DNA of 64,000 nucleotides from a virus: positions 26,370-90,369 of the IMG/VR virus record IMGVR_UViG_3300034104_003795; one strand, given 5' to 3'. Position numbers and translations under genes: made by a program. The notes beneath the pieces were generated by a model that saw only the letters and a list, made by a program, of their open reading frames with translations, was not told where the DNA came from and did no database searches. The first letter of the stretch is position 1. Every line of letters begins with the position of its first letter. This document shows positions 17,605 to 26,676 of this stretch, piece by piece.

Positions 17605-17913
17605 TTACTTCAAAAGGTATTTAGAACACATACCGAAACCAGCAGACTGTAAGTCCGATTTGATTTCCTTATGGAACTTTTTAGGGAACTTACCCATTGA
17701 AACCGGATACTCTCTCAAGATTGAATTGATCTTGGTTGTTTCAGATTTGAAAAGGGAAAGGAACTCTCTAGCCTCATTGAAGGCTTTACGAGTCTTACAT
17801 TGGATACGGTGGGTATTACCCAAGAAGTCAGTATATTCTACTGATACGTTAAAACGGGGGTTTTCACTCATTTTAGAGGCTGAGAAACTCTTAAAGGGAT
17901 TTTGCGTATTCAT
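17605..17913 (-). CDS. hypothetical protein (102 aa)
   Basis: ORF only. Confidence 0.45.
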   Translation of the reverse strand: MNTQNPFKSFSASKMSENPRFNVSVEYTDFLGNTHRIQCKTRKAFNEAREFLSLFKSETTKINSILREYPVSMGKFPKKFHKEIKSDLQSAGFGMCSKYLLK

Positions 17914-17934
17914 ATCTTATCATTTTTATTACAT

Positions 17935-18340
17935 AATAAAGATAGGGGTATTTTCCGAGCTGGCCAAACTTTTTGGGACTTATTTTAAAAATTCTTGCTT
18001 GAGAATCAATGACTTATGTAAGGGGTTGAATATCAATGACTTATAAAACGTTGGTTTTCAATGAGTTACGATTCAGTATAGATTAGGGGTATTTCACCCA
18101 GCCCCTACACAGATTCCAGAAGACCTGTCCAGAAAATGTGGATAACTTGATAAAAAACGGGTAAAACTACACAGAAAAATGTTCAAAATATAATATGTAG
18201 CATGTTAGTGTGTTAATTAGTATATTAACCCCACCAGTCCATCTGGGCCCAGGTCCCGCGGGACTTGTGGTACTTTGGGAACATCAGCGAGGTACATTGG
18301 GTACATTAGGGACATAAAAAAACCGGTCACATCGGACCGG
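17935..18340. other. long non-coding region: candidate replication origin / regulatory hub
   Basis: three TCAATGA(C/G)TTA(T/C) motifs (18006-18069), perfect DnaA box TGTGGATAA (18137-18145), adjacent GC-rich palindromes CTGGGCCCAG + GTCCCGCGGGAC (18243-18264), direct repeat GGTACATT(G/A)GG (18291-18315). Confidence 0.4.
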
Positions 18341-18341
18341 C
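18313..18341 (-). terminator. rho-independent terminator (minus strand)
   Basis: CCGGTC-acatcg-GACCGG hairpin preceded on + strand by A7 (T-run on minus). Confidence 0.55.
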
Positions 18342-18366
18342 TAATTATTTACTAACCTATCTTAAT

Positions 18367-18540
18367 TACTTAACGATAGTAGTAGTATCAGCTGCTACTG
18401 GAGCTACAGTTGAATCCACAGCTACTGCTGTTGTATCTACTGCTACTGCTGTTGAATCAGTAGTTACTTCTGTTGAAGTTGAACCACCACAAGCTACCAA
18501 TGATGTAGCGATTACGAAAATTGCGATTACTTTTTTCATC
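18367..18540 (-). CDS. small secreted lipoprotein with TTAVAVD repeats (57 aa)
   Basis: MKKVIAIFVIATSLVAC (signal peptide + lipobox LVAC) followed by Thr/Ala/Val-rich repeats; not in ORF track (<60 aa); bracketed by two terminator hairpins. Confidence 0.5.
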
Positions 18541-18605
18541 TTTGTTGTTTTTATATTTGTTTTATTGTTTACCCATTAAAATAACAGGTATAAGTATTGG
18601 TTGTC

Positions 18606-18646
18606 TTAAAAAATTGGGACCGGCTAAATAGGTATCTGCCGGTCCC
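18606..18646 (-). terminator. rho-independent terminator (minus strand)
   Basis: GGGACCGGC...GCCGGTCCC 9-bp stem, A6 on + side (T-run on minus). Confidence 0.65.
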
Positions 18647-18667
18647 TAATAAATTTATCAGTTAAGA

Positions 18668-18862
18668 TTAACCAACCCACTCATTACGAAGAGTCTTCGC
18701 TTTCTTTAATGAAGTCTCATATTGAGAATAAGTGATACCATCTTCGGTAACTCTCACGCGATAAGATACAGTACCAGATGGACGTGTAATCTTTTGAATG
18801 TTGTTAGAAACTGTTTCGTACATGTTTCCACGCTTTGCTGCTTTTTTTGACTTATTAGCCAT
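18668..18862 (-). CDS. small basic protein (64 aa)
   Basis: ORF; Lys/Arg-rich. Confidence 0.45.
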   Translation of the reverse strand: MANKSKKAAKRGNMYETVSNNIQKITRPSGTVSYRVRVTEDGITYSQYETSLKKAKTLRNEWVG

Positions 18863-18948
18863 AGTTTTGAACGGTTGACCTCTTACACCGCTAGGTTTAG
18901 TTTATTTCGGTCCAACTTATTAATAGGGGTGGTCCTTACCCTTTATCT

Positions 18949-19146
18949 TTATAGAATATCAAAGATACGAAATATTTCTGATACTTCCAAATTTATTTTT
19001 TCCTTACGTTCAAGGTCAGCAATAACCCTATCTACCATTGCTTCTGTTATTTGGGGTGATGCCATGCTCATATCTTTCATTAACTCTTGCATCGCTTCCC
19101 ACTTGTCACCTTCAACTTCTATACAAATATACGAATAATTTCCCAT
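18949..19146 (-). CDS. hypothetical protein (65 aa)
   Basis: ORF only. Confidence 0.4.
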   Translation of the reverse strand: MGNYSYICIEVEGDKWEAMQELMKDMSMASPQITEAMVDRVIADLERKEKINLEVSEIFRIFDIL

Positions 19147-19163
19147 ACTACCAAATTTATTTT

Positions 19164-19421
19164 TTAGGATGTAAAATACAACTCACCATTGTTGCTATAT
19201 ACCCTATCCACACTATTTTCTACAATAGTAACCAAGTTACCCTTGCGTAACCCTTCGGAATAGAATTTAGCATACTGGTCAGTAGATTGCTCTAATACTT
19301 CAATAAACGGTCCAGCATCTATTGTACGGCACCCAACAATCGGGGTATGTGTAAATGCAATGCGGACTTGGGGAAAGTCACTTAACAGTTGACGATAATA
19401 ACCTTTTGGCGGTAAATTCAT
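19164..19421 (-). CDS. hypothetical protein (85 aa)
   Basis: ORF only. Confidence 0.45.
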   Translation of the reverse strand: MNLPPKGYYRQLLSDFPQVRIAFTHTPIVGCRTIDAGPFIEVLEQSTDQYAKFYSEGLRKGNLVTIVENSVDRVYSNNGELYFTS

Positions 19422-19432
19422 ATTATTTGTTT

Positions 19433-19900
19433 TTATTTTGTAACTAACAATGCGTTAAATGGATTTCTATCTACAACCTCAACGGCTGCTATACCAAGGT
19501 CTGCTAACTCATCAGCTACTTTGGTTAAACCTTTCGCTACGATGTTAAAACCGTGTACCTCATCAATAGCAATCTTTGCGTACTCTAAATTCACATACCT
19601 ACGTCCGCTAAGGTCATCCATAATCTTTGCCGGTCCCATTGTGATTTGAACCATCTCTGGAAACTTCTCATTACTTACATCCGATATTGCGCAGTTTAAG
19701 TACTTAATGTGCGGTAACGGGTTCTTTTTACTACCAGCTTTAAAACCTTCTCTTAATGCTTGGATGGTCTTAATACTCTTAGCCTTCTTTGTAGCGGGCT
19801 TCTTTGCTGTTTTCTTTACAACCTTTTTAGTGGCTGCTTTCTTAACTACTTTTTTAGCTACCTTTTTAGGTGCTGACTTCTTTGTGACTTTCTTATTCAT
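19433..19900 (-). CDS. Lys/Ala-rich histone H1-like / AlgP-like DNA-binding protein
   Basis: N-terminal 'KKSAPKKVAKKVVKKAATKKVVKKTAKKPATKKAK' repeat tract followed by globular C-terminal domain. Confidence 0.5.
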   Translation of the reverse strand: MNKKVTKKSAPKKVAKKVVKKAATKKVVKKTAKKPATKKAKSIKTIQALREGFKAGSKKNPLPHIKYLNCAISDVSNEKFPEMVQITMGPAKIMDDLSGRRYVNLEYAKIAIDEVHGFNIVAKGLTKVADELADLGIAAVEVVDRNPFNALLVTK

Positions 19901-19928
19901 ATCTTATTAAATTAAAGGGGTTATTAAA

Positions 19929-20228
19929 TTACTTCACCATACCAATACGCTTCCAACTACCATTCCATTCCTCACCATTCAGGTACCAATTCCAATTCTT
20001 TTGTTTGATGTGTACGCCGGGTATACCATTCAGACGTTCTTTTGTAGTGTTTGAGGACCATCCAGCGTTTGTTATACTCAATACTCCTAGCTCGTCAATA
20101 GTTGCAATAGTATTACCATGCAATCTGAGCTTATATATACCATAGGACTCTTCTACACTCATATTAGATTTGCGGAAGGTCTCTTTACTTAAAAACTTGT
20201 CAATAGATTCTTTTGTGATTTTTCTCAT
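19929..20228 (-). CDS. hypothetical protein (99 aa)
   Basis: ORF; AACCCCTT box 4 nt upstream of ATG. Confidence 0.45.
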   Translation of the reverse strand: MRKITKESIDKFLSKETFRKSNMSVEESYGIYKLRLHGNTIATIDELGVLSITNAGWSSNTTKERLNGIPGVHIKQKNWNWYLNGEEWNGSWKRIGMVK

Positions 20229-20246
20229 AATAAGGGGTTTAACGGA

Positions 20247-20525
20247 TTACTTAACAATTTCAACCATACTCAAAGGTACGTTAAATGTACCAATACCAAA
20301 TCGGACTTTACAACGGGTACGATTGATTTCAATTACTGAACCAGTCGAACCTTGTACTCTGGGTGAATTCACTTTAACGTTGTCACCAACTCTTAATTGG
20401 TTTTTAACTTCATACGCCCTATCTAATCGAGATTCTTTTAATAGGGATACTACATAGGAATTCAACAACTTCAAGTCAAGTGAACTCATTTTTTGAATTT
20501 CTGCACGCATTTTTGAACTAATCAT
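20247..20525 (-). CDS. hypothetical protein (92 aa), KOW-like C-terminus
   Basis: 'VGDNVKVNSPRVQGSTGSVIEI'; AACCCCTT box 6 nt upstream. Confidence 0.45.
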   Translation of the reverse strand: MISSKMRAEIQKMSSLDLKLLNSYVVSLLKESRLDRAYEVKNQLRVGDNVKVNSPRVQGSTGSVIEINRTRCKVRFGIGTFNVPLSMVEIVK

Positions 20526-21300
20526 ATAATAAGGGGTTTAAATTTTAATACTTAATGTGAACACCATTCTGGTCATCCACAACTTTTGGATACCCGATGT
20601 TCGGCTCTCTAATAACAAAAGCAACGAAAACGATACCAAACCAAAGGATTGTCTTTAACATAGGGGTTATTTAGAAGTTTTGAAATAGTACTCATAAACG
20701 GTTTTACCTAAAACATATCCAAAAAGTGAAACTCCACTTATAAGGACGAACTCTAAAATTGTAATGTGTGTCATATCTCTTAATCTTATATACCAAAACT
20801 ACACCTATTTTTTAATATATCCAAGCTTTTTATCCACTTTTTTTGGTCCCCAAAGCGTAACTCGTTGATACTCAATCAAGAATTTTTTGGTAAAAAGCTG
20901 GATCTTGGTAAGTCATTGATTATCAACCACTTGCGGCAGCCGGACTTAACATAATATAATTTATAGGCGATTTAGGGGTTTTTCCATCGTAACACATTGA
21001 TTATCAACGAGTTGTGGACTTAACATAATATCCGTTATTGGGGGTCTCACTCAAAGGACGTACCCCGCCCTCCACTCCCTAAAGTTACGAAAAATACCTG
21101 ATATTTCCAACAGGTGTGGATAACTTTTTAATTAGTTGATAATCAATTCGTTATATGCCATCTCTAAACAATCCAACCAGTCTGCCGTGTCACCATCGGT
21201 TTCCAGTTGTCTTTTTATTTGTTTGGCATAACTAACTAACTCTTCGTCCATACCTAATTGGACAGCCCGTTGAATCATTTGAAGTTCTGTAAGCATATAT
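20526..21300. other. 775-nt non-coding region: candidate origin/regulatory region
   Basis: ~45-nt imperfect direct repeat (20909-20960 / 20996-21040: CATTGATTATCAAC..TTG.GGACTTAACATAATAT), TTGATACTCAATCAAGAATTTTTT (20865-20890), TTGATAATCAA (21136-21146), perfect DnaA box TGTGGATAA (21115-21123), near-DnaA box TTATCCACT (20830-20838); only tiny hydrophobic ORFs. Confidence 0.4.
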
Positions 21301-21304
21301 AACA

Positions 21305-21580
21305 TTATAGGTCAGTATCGGACCACTCATTTATTTTATCTAAACACCTTTGTAGTTTTAGAAGTTCCCTTTCGGCATCCTCTATTTGTTTACGTTTGTC
21401 CGCCATAATCGTTTGGACCAATGTAGTGGCGGCGTATTTCCTACCCCAGACTTTCGGATAATGGAAATTTGAACCAATAGGGATGTATTCACCTCTTATC
21501 AATGCATACCTGTCACCTCTTATGACAACCGCATCGTATTCACCCTCACCATTTTCCATTAACCTCATATCGTTATGCAT
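21305..21580 (-). CDS. hypothetical protein
   Basis: ORF-track frame 21305-21775 overlaps neighbour by 130 nt; start probably internal Met (MHNDMRLMENGEGEY...). Confidence 0.4.
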   Translation of the reverse strand: MHNDMRLMENGEGEYDAVVIRGDRYALIRGEYIPIGSNFHYPKVWGRKYAATTLVQTIMADKRKQIEDAERELLKLQRCLDKINEWSDTDL

Positions 21581-21644
21581 GGCACGATTTGATGCCACTT
21601 GCTCACCTGGTTTGACATGAGTATTTTTATGAGTCTTTTTTTCT

Positions 21645-22001
21645 TTACTTTCCTTTCTTTCTGTATGCACGTTTGACAAGTTTTTCGTTTTCCCTTGCTT
21701 GTATTTCGTATGGGTTATTTTTGTACCCGTATTTAATTTGATAATGATTGTACCAGCGGTATGACTGTTGTGCATGTGTCCATTCGTGTAGAATTGTTTT
21801 CTGAACCGCCACCATTCGTTTACATTGTGCTAAATTAATCCAAATTGTTTTTTCCCAATCGTAGTAACCACATTCGGCATCCTCTTTGGTATCCCAGTAA
21901 AAAGCAATTGCTCCACATCTGCTTTCACCCAGTTTTTCATGAGCCCAATTCCATAAACGGTTACAATCAAACTTCATTCCTATTTTATTACTTACACGCA
22001 T
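21645..22001 (-). CDS. putative zinc metallopeptidase-like protein (HExxH)
   Basis: 'ILHEWTHAQQSYRWYNHY'; paralog of 49120-49488 ('IVHEYTHYLQDPRWMTRYY'). Confidence 0.5.
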   Translation of the reverse strand: MRVSNKIGMKFDCNRLWNWAHEKLGESRCGAIAFYWDTKEDAECGYYDWEKTIWINLAQCKRMVAVQKTILHEWTHAQQSYRWYNHYQIKYGYKNNPYEIQARENEKLVKRAYRKKGK

Positions 22002-22039
22002 AAATATCTTTTAGATTTTAAATAGATTAATTAGATATA

Positions 22040-22071
22040 CAAATATACGAAAAAAAATCCATTCCACCAAA
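22040..22071 (-). promoter_or_regulatory. Bacteroidetes-type promoter candidate (minus orientation)
   Basis: +strand 'CAAATATAcgaaaaaaaatccattccacCAAA' = rc of TTTG-N20-TATATTTG. Confidence 0.45.
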
Positions 22072-22447
22072 TCTAATGCCAGTAAGGGTTACAGTAGTAT
22101 AGTGTATTAAATTCATATAAAAAAATTTTTTTGCGTGGAAAAGAATTCGTATATACCTCACATTATGACTGACATATACTAATTTTGACATCGTTTTTAT
22201 TGTGAAGTGGTAAAAAGTGGGATTTTGTGTTAAAGTGTGTTTTCATTGACACCCATCGGTTTTCAATTACTTTGTACTATCAAATTACATTTCATTAAAA
22301 ATTGTGACACTTACCCCTTAAAACGTAATTAAATTTTAGTAGTATCAAAATAGGGTTTTATCAAGTTTCAACGCAAGTCCCAACACCCTTTTGCTCACCA
22401 TCGTACTATCAATATTCGGACACAAAAAAGGGACCATTTAAGTATCC

Positions 22448-22642
22448 CTATTCTATTTCGTTTGTTGTACTATTGGTAGCGAGTAACTCGTATTTTTTAT
22501 TGATTAGGTTTCGTATTTGGGTACAAAGCTCGTATTCCTCAATCCCAATACATTCTTTTAATAACCATTGGAGACGTTGTATTTTATGTTGAAGTTCAAG
22601 GCGTTCCCTTTGTGTTAAACCGTGTGTGTGATTAGTATCCAT
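22448..22642 (-). CDS. hypothetical coiled-coil protein (64 aa)
   Basis: ORF only. Confidence 0.4.
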   Translation of the reverse strand: MDTNHTHGLTQRERLELQHKIQRLQWLLKECIGIEEYELCTQIRNLINKKYELLATNSTTNEIE

Positions 22643-22702
22643 AACATTGTAATTAATGCGGTTATCAATAGGAGCTCGGACCCATTACCTTTAATACGCC
22701 CC

Positions 22703-22894
22703 TTATTTATTCTTTTTGTTTTCATTTGGTTTATGTTCGTAATCCCATTCAGTTCCCCTACGGATTACGATATCTTTTTTGTTTTCTTTTGTACCGTATT
22801 CCTTACTATATACCAATATCTTTAAGGTTATGTAGAACCCTATAAAACCTATTAGAGCAAGGATATCAAAGAGGTTTATTTCATTACTCGGCAT
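22703..22894 (-). CDS. small membrane protein (63 aa)
   Basis: single TM helix; followed by further tiny hydrophobic ORFs 22895-23200. Confidence 0.4.
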   Translation of the reverse strand: MPSNEINLFDILALIGFIGFYITLKILVYSKEYGTKENKKDIVIRRGTEWDYEHKPNENKKNK

Positions 22895-23198
22895 CTTCTA
22901 TTCTATTGATTTGTTTTATTAGGTCTATTACACACCATACAGTCATTATACCTATTAACCCTATTACTATTCCCATAACTTATTTGTTTTTATTTTGTCT
23001 CCTTATTTCCCTATATATCAGTATTACTACTATTAACGTTATTAATCCCATTATCTATTAGTCTTTGTTTATATCCTTATGATTTTCGTTTATGTATCTG
23101 TCTACTATATACTGACCTATTCCATACCCTACTAACATTCCTATTACTATTACTACTATTAACATCTGTACTATAATTATTTTTATCTACGTCCGCTC

Positions 23199-23471
23199 TT
23201 ATTCCCAAACAAACTCCCAACTCCTATCAGCTCTTTGAACACTTAAACGAAATGGACCAACTCTTGGATGTGTCCCTCTTATAACCCATTCGGTTGGAGT
23301 AGTTATCAATTCCCTATCTACAAAATCCGCTGGTATACACGCCTTGTAATGTTTCTCTATTGCTTCAAACCCCATACCAGCAGTAACTCCAAAACCCCCA
23401 CCACCAGTGATATACCTTTCAAATGATTCTTGCCACCATGTATCCGTGTTTGTACTAAAATCTATTGCCAT
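23199..23471 (-). CDS. hypothetical protein (90 aa)
   Basis: ORF only. Confidence 0.45.
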   Translation of the reverse strand: MAIDFSTNTDTWWQESFERYITGGGGFGVTAGMGFEAIEKHYKACIPADFVDRELITTPTEWVIRGTHPRVGPFRLSVQRADRSWEFVWE

Positions 23472-23829
23472 ACTATTTGTTTTTAATTGTTTGTTATAAA
23501 TATATATTCAAATCTTATTTTTATTTCCTATTAATCCATTCTCTATTAATCAAGGCAGACACTATCAAAAATTTTCCCTATCGACCCGAACACCGATTCA
23601 CCGATACGATATATACTACAAGTACTGAATATACTATATGTATTATACTATGTATTACTATTGTCCGATTTTATTTTCTTATAGTTCGGAAATTACTTGC
23701 ACCCTTTGTTAGTTCCCTCAATTCCTTTACTTCATATAACAGGCAAAACATACCTATTGTAGCTACTATCATTAATATAAAGGTTATCCCCTCTAATATA
23801 TCTTTTGTTTTTAGTTCGTTATTCATATT

Positions 23830-24156
23830 TTATTGATTTACTATATTTTTTATATGAGTGTCCAAGCAAAAAGTAAAACTACTTATGGTCCTCATATACT
23901 CTATATCCCATGCCGAACGTCCATGAAAGCTTTGTTTTACTAGTCCGGTCTCCATTACATACCCACCTATTGTTTTTACTCTATTCAATTTTATAGTCAA
24001 CTCATCACGCCTAAAACCCCCGATTGTCCAATAACCTACCCGTTTATGGATTACAAATATATAGTTTTGTTCACCTATAAACATTTCACCTATCCGCCAT
24101 TCGGGTGTACCGGCAAACTTACTATTGAGTATGTTTATGTTTTCTATTGTTAGCAT
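23830..24156 (-). CDS. MLTIENI-family member (array B)
   Basis: MLTIENINILNSKFAGTPEWRIG... Confidence 0.6.
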   Translation of the reverse strand: MLTIENINILNSKFAGTPEWRIGEMFIGEQNYIFVIHKRVGYWTIGGFRRDELTIKLNRVKTIGGYVMETGLVKQSFHGRSAWDIEYMRTISSFTFCLDTHIKNIVNQ

Positions 24157-24157
24157 A

Positions 24158-24466
24158 CTATTCTTTTAACATTTTATCAATTAAGTTTCCTATAAAATAC
24201 GGCGTTATTTGATGCATACTCAACCATCTATTTACTTTACTTTGGTCAAAATCTTTATATAACCTATAAACGGGTTCGTTTCTGCCACTTACATATTGGC
24301 TCTCTCTATTCAAATAAAATACATTTTGTACCTTACCGTTTACAGAAACAGCAAATGCATATACATCCTTATAAACATCGGTTGTTTCTATCGCTTCACT
24401 TATATACCATATGTTAATAGATGAACCCACATTTATTATTTTATCTATGTTTTGTATTGTTAGCAT
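24158..24466 (-). CDS. MLTIENI-family member (array B)
   Basis: MLTIQNIDKIINVGSSINIWYIS... Confidence 0.6.
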   Translation of the reverse strand: MLTIQNIDKIINVGSSINIWYISEAIETTDVYKDVYAFAVSVNGKVQNVFYLNRESQYVSGRNEPVYRLYKDFDQSKVNRWLSMHQITPYFIGNLIDKMLKE

Positions 24467-24783
24467 AGTATATATTTGTTTACTAAAAATTCTATTGAGC
24501 TTACAAACTGTCTCATGTCCGATATATCCTTTGTTCTTAAATATATTCTACTCGTAGGATTACTATTATCATACATCGCGTAGGTTGTTTCCATATTAGG
24601 ACCAAATACGTCCGAAGTTCTAAGTAAAACTAATAACTCGTCAGATTTTGATTTACGCGGACATCTTAAATGTATTTGATATGCTCTTTCATATTGAGTA
24701 GTATTTCTTATATAATATTCTACAACACGATTCTTAACTATTGGTACATCTAATATCTTATATGTATTTTCTATTGTTAGCAT
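24460..24783 (-). CDS. MLTIENI-family member (array B)
   Basis: start set at internal MLTIENTYKILD (ORF track started 54 nt upstream at alternative codon). Confidence 0.55.
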   Translation of the reverse strand: MLTIENTYKILDVPIVKNRVVEYYIRNTTQYERAYQIHLRCPRKSKSDELLVLLRTSDVFGPNMETTYAMYDNSNPTSRIYLRTKDISDMRQFVSSIEFLVNKYILC

Positions 24784-24793
24784 ATTATTTGTT

Positions 24794-25117
24794 TTAATTA
24801 CTGAAACTATGCAATTGACCACCCAATATACCAACAAACATTTTCAATTGTAAGTAACCTTTTGTTAGTATTGTATAACCATTATCTTGGTCATTATACA
24901 TTTTCCACTCACCTAACGTACTACTAAATTCATTATATCTTAATAGTTTAAAGTTTACATACTTTGGATGCTTTACGCCAAATGTAGTACCATACTCAAA
25001 TCTTACTTTAATAATATAATCATGCTTTTGTTCCTCTATACTCATTACTACCCAATGTGCATGTGGTGTATGTATTTTTTTTCCTACTATCTTTTGTATG
25101 TTTTTTATTTTTAGCAT
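24794..25117 (-). CDS. MLTIENI-family member (array B)
   Basis: MLKIKNIQKIVGKKIHTPHAHWVV... Confidence 0.55.
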   Translation of the reverse strand: MLKIKNIQKIVGKKIHTPHAHWVVMSIEEQKHDYIIKVRFEYGTTFGVKHPKYVNFKLLRYNEFSSTLGEWKMYNDQDNGYTILTKGYLQLKMFVGILGGQLHSFSN

Positions 25118-25127
25118 ATATTATTTT

Positions 25128-25451
25128 TTATATATCGTATGAGGTATCAATCATTTCAGTCATTCGTTTTATCAATAACCTCTTATCACTTATAGTTTCA
25201 ATTGGTATGTATGTTTTAATCTTATACATTCTTTGCATACCCGGCCCACCTGCTGATATTCCAAATTCATATCCAATTCCATGTAGGTTTTGTTTATTCA
25301 AAGCAAATATTTCTTTTGGGCCTTTTCTATTTTCAATTAAGATTAGGTATTCATCGGTGTCATCTATAATTTTGTCCACTACCCAATACATACCCATCTT
25401 ATCATAAAACGAATCACTTATTAACCGTCCTCTATTTTCTATTGTGAGCAT
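25128..25451 (-). CDS. MLTIENI-family member (array B)
   Basis: MLTIENRGRLISDSFYDKMGMYWVV... Confidence 0.6.
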   Translation of the reverse strand: MLTIENRGRLISDSFYDKMGMYWVVDKIIDDTDEYLILIENRKGPKEIFALNKQNLHGIGYEFGISAGGPGMQRMYKIKTYIPIETISDKRLLIKRMTEMIDTSYDI

Positions 25452-25758
25452 ATATCATTCCAGTTTGTATGTGTAACTCTAATATGAAGTTTTTCATTGT
25501 AAGGTTTTCCGGCGTTACATAAACATTTTGTTTTAGTTTTGCCGATGTCATTTCATATCCCCTACTATTCCTTATAGTTCGCATCAATTTATATACAATA
25601 CCATCGTTTATACTTGCCACATTGTTTTCCATCAAAGGAAATACCCCAAAACTATAATGGTCATAATATGCTCTTGCGATACCAATTATAAACTTCCGTC
25701 CGCTACTCAATTGGAATTCCTTACCGTCTATATTTTGTATGTTTTCTATTGTCAACAT
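25432..25758 (-). CDS. MLTIENI-family member (array B)
   Basis: MLTIENIQNIDGKEFQLSSGRKFII... Confidence 0.6.
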   Translation of the reverse strand: MLTIENIQNIDGKEFQLSSGRKFIIGIARAYYDHYSFGVFPLMENNVASINDGIVYKLMRTIRNSRGYEMTSAKLKQNVYVTPENLTMKNFILELHIQTGMIYAHNRK

Positions 25759-25918
25759 TCATTCCGTTTATTAGGTCTTTTAAAATAACATTCCAATTAT
25801 CCGCATTGTCCATTACTACTCTTTGATATTGCTTTAATATCGTATCCCTTTGCTCCTTTGTTAATTCTACGTCTAATTCTTGCTCTATTCCTTTGATATC
25901 GTCTATTGTAACATTCAT
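25721..25918 (-). CDS. hypothetical protein (65 aa)
   Basis: ORF only. Confidence 0.4.
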   Translation of the reverse strand: MNVTIDDIKGIEQELDVELTKEQRDTILKQYQRVVMDNADNWNVILKDLINGMNVDNRKHTKYRR

Positions 25919-25927
25919 ACGATTTAT

Positions 25928-26236
25928 TTATTTAGATATTGCTTTACTAATTATGTCCACAATCCTATTCAACCGCCATTCACTCTTTTTTTCTCTTATT
26001 GTTTTCGGTTCGTCATCCTTTGTATTGTTATATACATTGACGGATGTATTGTATTGACTTATTAAGGATTGATAATAGATTTGATGTAAGTGATGCGGGA
26101 TGTTTGTAAAATCAGCTTCAACAGTTACAGGCATTTTAGTACCTGTTCCGTATATTTGTATTGAAGTTTTGATTTGTACTTTACCATTACCCTTCATTGT
26201 AAGGTGTCTACTATCCGTTGAAATGTTTATACTCAT
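25928..26236 (-). CDS. hypothetical protein, paralog of 38114-38419
   Basis: shared 'V..EADF.NIP....Q' core (VTVEADFTNIPHHLHQ vs VKIEADFDNIPEKYQ). Confidence 0.5.
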   Translation of the reverse strand: MSINISTDSRHLTMKGNGKVQIKTSIQIYGTGTKMPVTVEADFTNIPHHLHQIYYQSLISQYNTSVNVYNNTKDDEPKTIREKKSEWRLNRIVDIISKAISK

Positions 26237-26366
26237 CCGAAACTATTTAATACTTTTTTAATTACTCTTTTTACCATTCGTTGTGCCACAAATAATGCAA
26301 TTAGTGCACCAACTCCGGCTCCTATTAAGAAGCCCCAAATAAATTGAAATTCTATACTCATATTTT

Positions 26367-26675
26367 TTATTTTAAAGATTCTAACATATCTTTTATCAAA
26401 TCAGTCACATATACAGTGCCTAACTTCAAATCCGGTTTATTTAATATCCTTCTAATTGGTATTCCACTTCCCGATTGATTAGACCAAAACCATAATTCAT
26501 AAAGTGCCGAATCACTCTTACCTATTGCGGTTCGTTCTAAATTAACTTGCAATCGTAGGCCATTGGATTTTCTTAATTCAATTAGGTATGCACTATCCAA
26601 TGTTACTACTTTACCTATTCTCCATTCACCTACATCCTGTTTGTAAAGTTTTTCTATGTTTACTATTGTTAGCAT
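26367..26675 (-). CDS. MLTIENI-family member (array B)
   Basis: MLTIVNIEKLYKQDVGEWRIGKV... Confidence 0.6.
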   Translation of the reverse strand: MLTIVNIEKLYKQDVGEWRIGKVVTLDSAYLIELRKSNGLRLQVNLERTAIGKSDSALYELWFWSNQSGSGIPIRRILNKPDLKLGTVYVTDLIKDMLESLK

Positions 26676-26676
26676 A

